Source of the DNA: a virus
Taxonomy: Duplodnaviria > Caudoviricetes
Virus record (IMG/VR): IMGVR_UViG_3300046656_000719
Coordinates: 1 to 63,939 of that record
DNA: 63,939 bases
Strand: one strand, 5' to 3'
Part shown: one piece after another, positions 26,258-35,900 of the stretch
Position numbering within the stretch: the stretch's first letter is position 1
Layout of the letters: each line of letters starts with the position of its first letter
Notes under the pieces: model-generated
Databases searched by the model: none
What the model saw: the letters and a program-made list of their open reading frames with translations, nothing else
Told to the model about the DNA's origin: nothing
Made by a program: the position numbers and the translations under genes

Positions 26258-29215
26258 GTGGACACGGAAGAATTTTTCAGGCGCGTGGTCGCCCCCGCCG
26301 GGCACCTCGTGATTGCGGCGCTGCGGGCACTGCCCACTGGGGACAAGCAGTTTTGGAACGACGGAAACTACGATGCTGCCACGGGCGCGTTGCGGGCGTT
26401 GGCCCTCGACAACGACCCCGAACTCACGGTTTATTTCGGCGTCGGCACGCACGAGAACAACGTCGAAGGCAAGAAGATTCGCCGCAGGCAGGCCACTGCC
26501 GCGTGGTTCAAGGCGCTGGCGTTCGACCTCGACTGCGGCCCCGGCAAGCCCTACGCGACGCAGAAGGAAGGCGCGGCCGCGCTGTATACGGCGCTCGCCA
26601 CCTTCGATTTCCCCGAGCCCCTGCTGGTGAATTCCGGCAACGGGCTCCACGTGTACTGGCCGCTGGAGAGCGCCATGACAGCCGCGCGCTGGACGAAGGT
26701 GTCCACCGCGCTGCGCTTGGCGCTGCGCGATGGCGGTGTGTTGATCGACGAATCGAAGATCCACGACTCCTCCATGGTGCTGCGCCCAGTGGGCACGTGG
26801 CACAAGAAGCAGCAGCCGTGGAAGCAGGTCACCGTGCTCGTGGATTGCCCCGACTACCCCAACCTGCTCTTGGAAAGTAAGCTGGCACAGTGGGGCGGGA
26901 AGGTTATTTTCGCGAAAATAAGCGCGCCCGCTGCCGCCGCGCCGCGCAAGCCCCAGTCCTCGCTGGCGGCGAACATCCTCTCTGGCGGGTTCGACCCGCT
27001 CGATCTCGATCTCGTCGCGCGCGGCTGCCATCAGGTCGAAGCCCTGCTCGCCTCGGGCGGGGCCACCGACGCCGCGGGTGCCGATGTGCGGGAGCCGATG
27101 TGGCGCGCGAGTCTCGGCGTAGCCAAGTACACAGCCGATCCCGCGGACGCGGTCGTTCGTTTATGTGGACAGCATCCCGAATTCGATCTGCCCGCTAACC
27201 TCGACAAGATGAACCGCTGGGAAGGCGGCGTCACCAAGTGCAGCACCTTCGAACAGCACTGCCCCGCAGGCTGCGTTGCCTGCCCGTCCAAGGGCTTGAT
27301 CGCGTCTCCGGCGGCTCTCAATAAGTACACGCAGATTACTGTCACCACGACCACGCCCGCCAACGCAACCACGGGCGCGGCAGCCTTCGTCACCACGCGT
27401 CCGGCGCTCGGGCTGCCGCCGGGGTACTTCGCCCGCAACAGCAGGATCTTCAGGGAGTTCGAAGTCGAGAAGGTGGTGAAGGACGCCGCGGGGAAGAATC
27501 AGAAGGTGCTGGTCATGGACAGCCACGCAGTGTGCGACCAGCGGCTCGTCGTCTTCGGCTGGTTTGCCGACGCGCGCATGGAGAAGAGTACGATACACGG
27601 TGCCATCGAGTACCCGCAGGAAGGCTGGAAGGAATTTTTCATGCCCGCCGACGCGCTGGGCATGGCCGAGTTGCCGAAGTACCTGCAGAACAAGCAGATA
27701 ACCATGGACATGCAGCAGGTTCCTCGCCTGAGAAAGTACATGACCGATTTCCTCAACTATATCCAGAAGCACCAAGCCTCGGGTGCAGACGTAGCCTCCT
27801 TCGGCTGGCAGGCCGACGGCGGCTTCGTGTGCGGCAAGAACATGATCGGCGGCGCTGGCCAGTCGTGGCGATTGAACAACGAACTGGAGAAGCTCGCCGC
27901 GGATGTGTGCACGCGCGGAGACCGGGCAGCGTGGGTCGACATGACCAGCAAGCTCGCCTGCGCCGAGGCCGATCTCATCGCCTTTTCCATGCTGGTGGCA
28001 GGCTCCGGGCTCCTGCTGTCAGGCTCGGGAATCCCCTGCTACGTGTACTCCCTGTTCTCGGAAGAGACCGGCACCGGCAAGACGTTTTCGCTACGGCTCG
28101 GCAACACGCTCTTCGGCCACCCGACCGACACGATGCTGGGCTCACGCGACACCGAGAACGCCGTGTACGGCATCATGGGCTCCATGGGGAGCCTGTCGGT
28201 CGCCATCGACGAGATCACCGCCATGGACGCAGAGCGCGGCGCGGCGCTCGCGTTCCAAGCGCAAACCGGCAAGGAAAAGCGCAGGCTGAACGCGACCATC
28301 GGGCAGCGGGAGATTGCCGAGTGGCATGCTCCCCTGCGCGTCTCCACCAACCGGTCACTGCTCAACCTCTACGACAACAAGCACGTTAAAAACGAAGCCG
28401 AGAAAGCCCGCACGCTGGAACTGCGGATGGACAGCAAGGCGTGGGTGTCGCAGCAGGACATGCCCACGCTGCAGCGGGTGCTGGAAGACAACCACGGTTT
28501 CGCGGTGCCGGAGATCGCAACCGAAATCATGCGCCGCGGGACGCTGCGCGAGGTGTACGACGCCGCCACGGCAGAGTTCGAGCAGGCGTTCCCGAGCTTC
28601 GTTTTCGAGGGCGACGAGCGGTTCTACCGAGCGGGCATCATCGCAGCCTACGGTATAGGCTGCATTGGTCGCGACCTCGACCTCTTCCGCTTCAACATCG
28701 AGGACTGCGTCCAAACCGTCCTCGATCAAGTCGCGGGCATGCGTGCAGGCCGGGTGAGCAGTCGGCAGGACTGCATCGACACCATCAGCCAGTTTGTCTC
28801 GGAATTCAACAAGTTCATGGTCGTAGTGCGCGAGGATTGGTCGAACCCCGCCGCACCGAGACCGCTCGGAGCGGCAGATGCCCCGGACAACGCCTGCATC
28901 CGCATGGACATCAGGAGCAGCCCCGCGACACCGATACTGGGCGGCAGCACGCTGAAGATCAGCGCGGCCCAGCTGCGGGGCTGGACGAAAAAGGTAGGGG
29001 AAGACTACAACGGCCTCATCGACCGCCTGCGCGACGCGGGTGTGCTGAGAAAGGAGGAACGGGTGCCGCTCTACGCCGGGACATACCGCACCGTTCCCGG
29101 GCGGCCGATCTGCATCGTCCTCGACCTCACCCACACCGGCCTCGCGCCGCTCGCCAGCAAGCCCGCCCTGAACACCAACACCGTCGTTGCGCTCACGCAG
29201 CGCGGCAAACCCTGA
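26258..29215 (+). CDS. Primase-helicase (RepB/AEP-like primase, DUF927-like region, P-loop domain)
   Basis: FDLDCG, LVNSGNGLHVYW, LRPVGT, CxxC cluster, SFGW, TGTGKT, IDE. Confidence 0.85.
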   Translation: MDTEEFFRRVVAPAGHLVIAALRALPTGDKQFWNDGNYDAATGALRALALDNDPELTVYFGVGTHENNVEGKKIRRRQATAAWFKALAFDLDCGPGKPYATQKEGAAALYTALATFDFPEPLLVNSGNGLHVYWPLESAMTAARWTKVSTALRLALRDGGVLIDESKIHDSSMVLRPVGTWHKKQQPWKQVTVLVDCPDYPNLLLESKLAQWGGKVIFAKISAPAAAAPRKPQSSLAANILSGGFDPLDLDLVARGCHQVEALLASGGATDAAGADVREPMWRASLGVAKYTADPADAVVRLCGQHPEFDLPANLDKMNRWEGGVTKCSTFEQHCPAGCVACPSKGLIASPAALNKYTQITVTTTTPANATTGAAAFVTTRPALGLPPGYFARNSRIFREFEVEKVVKDAAGKNQKVLVMDSHAVCDQRLVVFGWFADARMEKSTIHGAIEYPQEGWKEFFMPADALGMAELPKYLQNKQITMDMQQVPRLRKYMTDFLNYIQKHQASGADVASFGWQADGGFVCGKNMIGGAGQSWRLNNELEKLAADVCTRGDRAAWVDMTSKLACAEADLIAFSMLVAGSGLLLSGSGIPCYVYSLFSEETGTGKTFSLRLGNTLFGHPTDTMLGSRDTENAVYGIMGSMGSLSVAIDEITAMDAERGAALAFQAQTGKEKRRLNATIGQREIAEWHAPLRVSTNRSLLNLYDNKHVKNEAEKARTLELRMDSKAWVSQQDMPTLQRVLEDNHGFAVPEIATEIMRRGTLREVYDAATAEFEQAFPSFVFEGDERFYRAGIIAAYGIGCIGRDLDLFRFNIEDCVQTVLDQVAGMRAGRVSSRQDCIDTISQFVSEFNKFMVVVREDWSNPAAPRPLGAADAPDNACIRMDIRSSPATPILGGSTLKISAAQLRGWTKKVGEDYNGLIDRLRDAGVLRKEERVPLYAGTYRTVPGRPICIVLDLTHTGLAPLASKPALNTNTVVALTQRGKP
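26904..26921. promoter_or_regulatory. Palindromic site, copy 13 (perfect, inside the primase gene)
   Basis: ttattttcgcgaaaataa, encoding VIFAKI at a domain linker. Confidence 0.85.
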
Positions 29216-29238
29216 CCTCAACCCGCAAGGAGACAGCC

Positions 29239-29421
29239 ATGACGACCAAGACCAGCGTGAATTGCCCGTTCTGCGAAAGGCCGATCCCGGTCACCGGTGG
29301 GCACATCTGCGCCGACCCGACGAAGAGCTTCCTGACCGCGCACGACTGCCACGACGCCAACCAGCCGCTGAACGGTGCCTACCCCGGCGACACCGCCGAG
29401 GAGCGCATGGAAGGCGAGTGA
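29239..29421 (+). CDS. Small Cys/His protein
   Basis: CPFC...HIC...HDCH; AAGGAG RBS. Confidence 0.55.
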   Translation: MTTKTSVNCPFCERPIPVTGGHICADPTKSFLTAHDCHDANQPLNGAYPGDTAEERMEGE

Positions 29422-29429
29422 CGCGGCCC

Positions 29430-29447
29430 TTATTTTCGCGAAAATAA
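29430..29447. promoter_or_regulatory. Palindromic site, copy 14, at the junction of the two arms
   Basis: Perfect 18-mer in the 27-bp gap between converging stops. Confidence 0.9.
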
Positions 29448-29448
29448 G

Positions 29449-29721
29449 CTAGCGGCGGCGCCTCACCGTCGCGATGTTGGTGGTTGGATTGTAGTTGTAG
29501 TCGCTCTTGGGGCGCTTGCCGCCCGTGTACTTCGCGGCACGGTCGGTGGCGCGCTCCGCCGGGCTCATGGCGTTGCGCTCGGCCCCCTTCGGGGTCAGTT
29601 CCGAATCGCTGCCTTCCTTCAGGATGCCGTACTTCTGCAGCCGGGCCACCGCTGCCGGATAGGGCTCCTTCACGCCGCGAGCCTTCAGCTGATTCACGAG
29701 CCGGTCCAGTATTGCTGGCAT
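29449..29721 (-). CDS. Small basic hypothetical protein
   Basis: GGAGGAG RBS. Confidence 0.7.
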   Translation of the reverse strand: MPAILDRLVNQLKARGVKEPYPAAVARLQKYGILKEGSDSELTPKGAERNAMSPAERATDRAAKYTGGKRPKSDYNYNPTTNIATVRRRR

Positions 29722-29729
29722 GTCTCCTC

Positions 29730-29981
29730 CTACGCCATGTGTGCGCCGCGGGTGCGGCGGAAACTGCGGTTGGCCGACGCGGTGCGCACCCGCAGGTTAC
29801 CGCGCCCGGTGCCCCCGCCCTTGACGAGCGGCACCCGGTGATCGACGTCCATGTCATCACCCTTGTGTACGAGACCCTCCTTCATCAGCTGCCGCCGCGC
29901 GCGGTTGCGGGCGACCCGGTTACGAATCTGCTCGGGGCTCGACTCGTAGGCGGCTTCCTTCGCGTAGTTTCGCTGGTACAT
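29730..29981 (-). CDS. HNH endonuclease
   Basis: DVDHRVPLVKGG...NLRV....NRS. Confidence 0.85.
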   Translation of the reverse strand: MYQRNYAKEAAYESSPEQIRNRVARNRARRQLMKEGLVHKGDDMDVDHRVPLVKGGGTGRGNLRVRTASANRSFRRTRGAHMA

Positions 29982-32900
29982 CAGAGCCGCTCCCGCAACT
30001 CCTTGATCCGCTCCGCTTTGCGCTGACGCAGCGCCTGCATGGTTTCAGCGGCTTCGGCGTAGGGCCGCTTGCCCAAGCGCGAGTCACGGCGCGCGTTGGA
30101 GATTTCGGTGTCGAACGCGCGCTTCGTGCGTTCTATTTCCAACTCGGTGCCCTTGCGCGATTCCTGCTCGTCGATGGCGGTGACGGGCGCGGCGAGGAGG
30201 CGGGTGTAGTGCGCGGCAGTGCTCGGCTCGTGACCCAGCAGGCCGGGCTTCGGCCCCATCAGGCGCTCGCCCGCCCACGTTGGGGTCATCGTGCCGACGG
30301 CCTTGCTGACGCGGTTGGTGAGCTTGGTGAACGCCGCGTCGGTGTCCTTGTCGAGCGGCTTGCCGGTGTAGGGGTCGTAGCCGAAGCCGGTCAGCATCAT
30401 GCTGACTGCGGGGTTGCCCGGCGTCAGCGCCGAGGGCCACGAGTGCCAGCCCATGAAGCCGTTGGGCTGCTCCTTGAATTCAATCGGCGTCGGGCTGAAC
30501 CAGCGCGCCGTGTCGAAATAGAGGTGCTTGCCGCCCCACTTCCCGAGGTAGGTCTCCTTGTAGGCACCGAACCACGTGGTGGAATCCTTCTTCTCCCGCG
30601 CGCGGCGCTTGCGGTCCTCATCGTCGTCTCCGCCCATGGCAGCCGACAGGGCAGTGCTGACCAGCGTGTAGGCTGCGGCAAGAGTGGCCAACTTCCACGG
30701 CTGGTTCTTGGCGATGCTGCCCATGACGCCCGCGAAGGCGTAGGGCCACGACAGGAACGGGAAAATGGTCTGGCGCAGCGCCTTCACCGCGCGTGAGTCG
30801 ATGTCGTAGTCGAGGAACGCCTTCTTGGCGTAGGTGCCCGCCTCGTCGACGCGCTGCTCGTGCGTCCACCCCGGCTCGGTGCGCTGCAGTTCGCCCATCT
30901 TGGAGATGAACGCCGCGAGGCGAAACATGTTGTCGGTCGTGGCGTAAATCTCGCTCATCACCTCGTCGATGCTCTTCCCCTTGCGCTTGGCGTACTGGAC
31001 CGCCTTCTGGGTGATGCTGTTCTGATAGCGCGTAAACTTCGCCAGATCGTTGAGGAAGCCAACGCCGCTTCCGCCCATCTCGGTCTGCTCGGCCATCGCG
31101 TCGTACATCATCTTCTTGATCTCGGTGACGGAGAAGTCCCCGAGGGTGGCACCGGACTTGTGGAACTCCGACATGACATCCAGTTCATCCGGGGAGAGCG
31201 ACCCCGGCGCTATCTTGTAGCGCCCGTAGAGCAGCAGCCCGCGCGTCACGGCGTTGTACGAAATGTTGTTCATGAACGCCAGCGTGAAATTCGACATGAT
31301 GTTCGTCGCGATGGTCGCCGGGTTGTACACCGTCTTCGATTTCTTGAACGCGGTGACGGCGTTGTTGTAGAACTGCCAGTTCAGCATCGGCTCGGCGGCC
31401 ATCGCGTCGTGGATGCGCGACCAGAGCGGCCCCTCGACGATTTTTCCGGCGAGGTCGCCGTAGGCCCGCGACAGCGGCACCTGCACCCAGTTGCCCGGCA
31501 TGCGCATGGCAGCGGTCATGCGCGCACTCTTCGCTTCCTGCGTGCTCGCCTGTATGACGTTCACCTCCAGCTTGTTGCGCGGCAGCCCGCGCGCGTGCAG
31601 GCGCTCGTTCAGGTGCTTCAGGAGCGCCGCGTCGTCGTCGAACACCACGCCCAGCGCCTTGCCTTTCTCGGCCATGTCCTTGGTGAGTTGGCGCGCGGCG
31701 ACCGAGTTGGCCATGAGGGAAACGGTATTCACGTAGGAGTGGGCAATGGCTTCCGCCGCCTTGCGCTCGGACGCCTCGTCTCCCGGCTTCGCTCCGGCGA
31801 GGAGCGCCTTCACGGTGGTGATCGGGCGCATGCGCTTCATCGGCTCGCCTGCCGCCTTGGTGCCCTTCTGGTCGGGTCCAATGTCGATGTACGGAGTGGT
31901 GAGATCCGGTGACTCCGAGGACGCCGACAGGTTGTCCTCGTGGATCATCTTCTGCAATTCCGGCTTGCCGTTGACGCCGGTTTTCCACACCGGGTAGTAC
32001 TTGCCGGTGCGCCGCGTCATGCTGGTCTCGATGATGGCCTGCACCACCGACAGCGGTTTGGCGGCGATCACCTTCTCGCCCTGTATGCCGAAGCCGGTCG
32101 AGAGCACCATGTCCGCCTGCACCGCCTGCGTCAGGCGCTCGGAGGGCAGCAGCCCGTCGAACTGGGCGCGCACCGCCGGAGAGGACTTCTGCAGCGCGTC
32201 CTCCAGCGCGTCCCGGGCGTCCTTGACCCACCGCTTGATGTAGGGCTCCAGCTTGCTCGGCTGCGCCGGGTCATCCATGTAGTCGAACGCTTCCATGATC
32301 TTCGCGGGCGGGGCGTCTGCGAGCCAGCGCCCGAACTCGTTCGCCACCGTGGTGGGGCCGTGGCGCTGCTTCTTGAAGGTCTGGACCAGCCGCTCCAGCG
32401 CGGGCGAGACGTTGAACGGCGCGTAGACGAGCCCGAGCTTGGAGGCAAGGTAGGGGCTGCGCGTCTGGATCTCGCGCTTGAACGCCCGGCCCATCTCGTC
32501 GATGGCGTTCATCAGCGTCGGGTTGGTCTTGCTGTAGAGGGGCCCCAGCGCCATGCGGAAGATGTCTTCCAGCCACGGCTTGGTGGGCGCGGTGGCGGTA
32601 TAGTCCTGATCGCGCTTGTTTATCGCGCCGCCGTTCGAAACGGCGGTCGCGTACATCGGAGGCTCGTTCTCCTGCGCCACCGTCCCGGTGTCGGAGAGCG
32701 CCTCGGCCTGCCCGCCGCGGCCAGCGTTGCGTTTCTCGGCGGCGTTGATGCGGTTCGACTCCTCCAACCGCGTGAAGTCCGGGGCGTCCTTGCGCATCAC
32801 GCCCAGTAGCTCGTTGTTGGCCATAAGCGCCGCGTCCAGCCACGAGGGCGCAACCCCGACCCGGCCCAACAGCGTGGTCGTGATCCAGTTCTTGAAGCGA

Positions 32901-35900
32901 TCCCACAGCGTGGTGCCCTTGTACTCGATGGAAGCCAAGTACTCCTGCAGTGCCGGGTCGGTCAGCGCCCACGCGAAGAACTCATCGCGGTCCTCGGTCG
33001 CCCGGAAGGCGTCCTTGAGGCTGCTGCTGATGGTTGGGTCTTGCTCCCAGTTGCTCGGCAGGCTGTCGCGGAACTCGATGAACACCTGCTCGAACTGTTC
33101 CAGCTTACGGGCCGCCGCGGGCTCGGGCGTGCCCATCATCTCGTCGCCCGCGCGCACCACCCCCAACGAAAGCGTGCGATAGCGCGCGGCGACGATGGCG
33201 TGGAGCGCCTCGTGCATCACGACTTCGTGGGAGAGCCCCTGCCTGCCCCCGGCGGTGTAGAGCGTCATCTGCGGCCTGCGGAAGAGGCGCACCTCGCCAT
33301 GCTTGCGCGGGGTCGAGACGTCGTCGATGCGCAGGATGATACCGGAGTCCGGCAGCAGCCCCGAGATCCTGCGGGCGAGCGCGCGTACTTCCTGCGGGCC
33401 GGAGGCGGCGATCATGTCGAGCGCCCGCTTGAGCGCCTCGGCACCGCCCGAGTTGGGGAGCCCGTTGCCGCGCAGCACGTTCTCCACATCGCGGGCGACC
33501 CGGCTCTTCATGATGAACGCGGGCACCGGCTTCGCGCGCCCCAGCACGATGCCCGGCTGCACCATGCGGCGCGCGGGCTGCTGCGCCAGCGCAGCCGCGA
33601 TGCCCATCAACGCGCGGGAGCCCGGGGGCTCCAGATCCGCCTCGGTGATGGGCTTCCCATCCGAGGTGGTCTCCGCGTAGAGCGGCGGCTCGGTCAGGTC
33701 TTCTTCGGCTCCGGCTTCACGGTTTTCACCTGCCCTTTCGCCTCCTCGATTGCGTCCTGTATCAGCGCGAGATCCTTCGGCGGCGCTTTGAACTGGCGCG
33801 CGAACTGCAGGCTCGTTCCCAACCAGATCAGCTGCTTGTGCGGGTCCGGCACGCTCTTCGCGAGCGCGGCCAGATACTCGTTCTTGGGCATTGGGTCGCT
33901 CCGTTCTCTGCCCCTCGCCCTTCAGCGAGCGCCCGAAGGGACGCACGCGGTCAGGATTTTCGAGGAGCGTATTGAAGTGGTCGAATATGTCACCGTTCTC
34001 ACCGAGCACATCGGTGAGCGCCTGCGTCCAGCCCGTTATCGCTTGCGGGTCCGTGGTGGCGATTTTGACGAACAACTGCTGCATCTTGGGGATGAAGTCG
34101 TTCGTGCTGTGATTGGGCGCATTCAGGTGCGTCGCCTCGTGCACGAGCGTGGAGATCATGCCCTCGGCTACGTCGTAGGGGTTCGACAGGTCGCCAAACT
34201 GCGGGTGCGCCGCCATCGGGTTCAGCATCATCGACTGGAACGGCACGTAGGAGAACATGCCGAACGTGGTCGAATTCGGGCTGTAGCTCAGCATGAGGCC
34301 CGTGGGCACATCCTGCAGGTCTTCGAAGGTGGGAATTTTATCGACGAGGAAGCTGCGCACCTGCTGCATCACCCCGCCAACATCGCGCAGGTATTTGCCG
34401 AACCGGTCGCCGAACTTCGCGGTGCCGTACTCGGTGGGCGACACCCACTCGCCCGCATCGTCTTGAACCTGCATCGACTCGTGGATCAGGATCTTGTCCG
34501 GGTCGAGGTTTTTCTGGTCGATCTTGAACTCCGACAGATCGGCGGGCTTGAACGCCACCATCTGCGCCTTGGTCAACTCGGGGATAACCTTGCCCGCGAC
34601 GTAGAGCTTGCCGTCGCGCACCTCGACCTTGGCCCCCTTGGGTATGTCGAGCCCCTGCGACTTCTGCTGCGTGGTGGGCGGGGGCGTCAGGCGCTGCTCT
34701 TCGGTGATGGTGCCCGCGGCATCCACGCTCTTCAGGTGACCGTAGCCTTCGAGGTCTTCGAGCAGCGTCTCGTGCCCGTACTTCTGCGCGACGAACTTGA
34801 GGAGCCGCGCCATGTCCTCCTTGGCCGCGGGAGAGAAATCCTGCCGGTTCTGCGCGAGCGGGTAGCCGGGCGACTGCGCCTTCACGGTCGGTTCGAGGTT
34901 GATGTAGACCTCGTAGGGTATGTTCTCGGCATAGAGATCCGTGCCCGGTATCTTGATATCGGCGTCGAACTGCCACACGCCGTTGGAGAGCACGTGCGCC
35001 TCGCGCACACCCGGGCGCTGCTCGCGCGAGATCATGACGCGCGCGGTGCCCCACGCCGAGAAATTCACCGTGGCGATGGGCACGAAATCGTCCGCCGGGA
35101 AGCTCTTCCCTATGGGAACCTCCTCACCAGCGTAGTCCACTCCGATGTTCTCGAAGAGCGGACTGTTGCGAATCGACTTGGGCGGGCGGTAGGTGCCGGG
35201 CATCTCGACGCTGACCATCTTGCCCTCGGAGTTCAGGTGCTTCTCCGGCAGCTTGATGATGACCGTCGTGCCGTTGGGGTCGTCGGTCTTGAACCGCTTG
35301 ATCTGCTCCGCGGGAAGCGATGGGCCCCCCGCCGCGGATTTCGCGATGTCCGCACCCGTGGTATCGACCACGATTTTGACCCCGTCGCGCACCGTCTCCA
35401 GATGCAGCGTTTGCGCAGCCGACATGAACTGCACCTTGGCCACACCGAAGCCACCCGAAGGCCGTGAGGTCTCCTTATGCGTGCCCGCCACTTTGAAGAA
35501 GGCGTCGCGCACCACCTCGAAGGTCATGCCAACGCCATCGTCCCTGACGGTGATGGTGCGGTCCAGATAGTCGATATCGACCTTGATCTTGCCCGATTCG
35601 ATATTGCCCTTCTCGATTGCGCCTTTCATCGCATCGGCAGCATTCTGGAACAACTCCTTCACCGCCACGTGCCCAGCCTTCTCCACGTTGCCGTACATGC
35701 TCTGCTGGAACATCGCCATCATGGCGGCCTGCTCCATGCCCATGCCGAGCGTCAGGTCTTGGCCGCCCGTGTCCTCCACATCCGCGTACTGGGGCGGCTC
35801 GGCGTGCTTCACCTCGGTCAGATCCCGTACGGTCAACCCGCTTTTGCCCTCGCCCTTCAGCACGACGCCGCCGCTGCGGGGCACCCCTGTGACCTCGTAC

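Noticed and set aside
1284-29447. Palindromes as a CRISPR array, REP elements or intrinsic terminators
   Set aside because: Irregular kb-scale spacing, no unique 30-40 bp spacers, no cas operon; the stem is AU-only with no GC hairpin plus U tract
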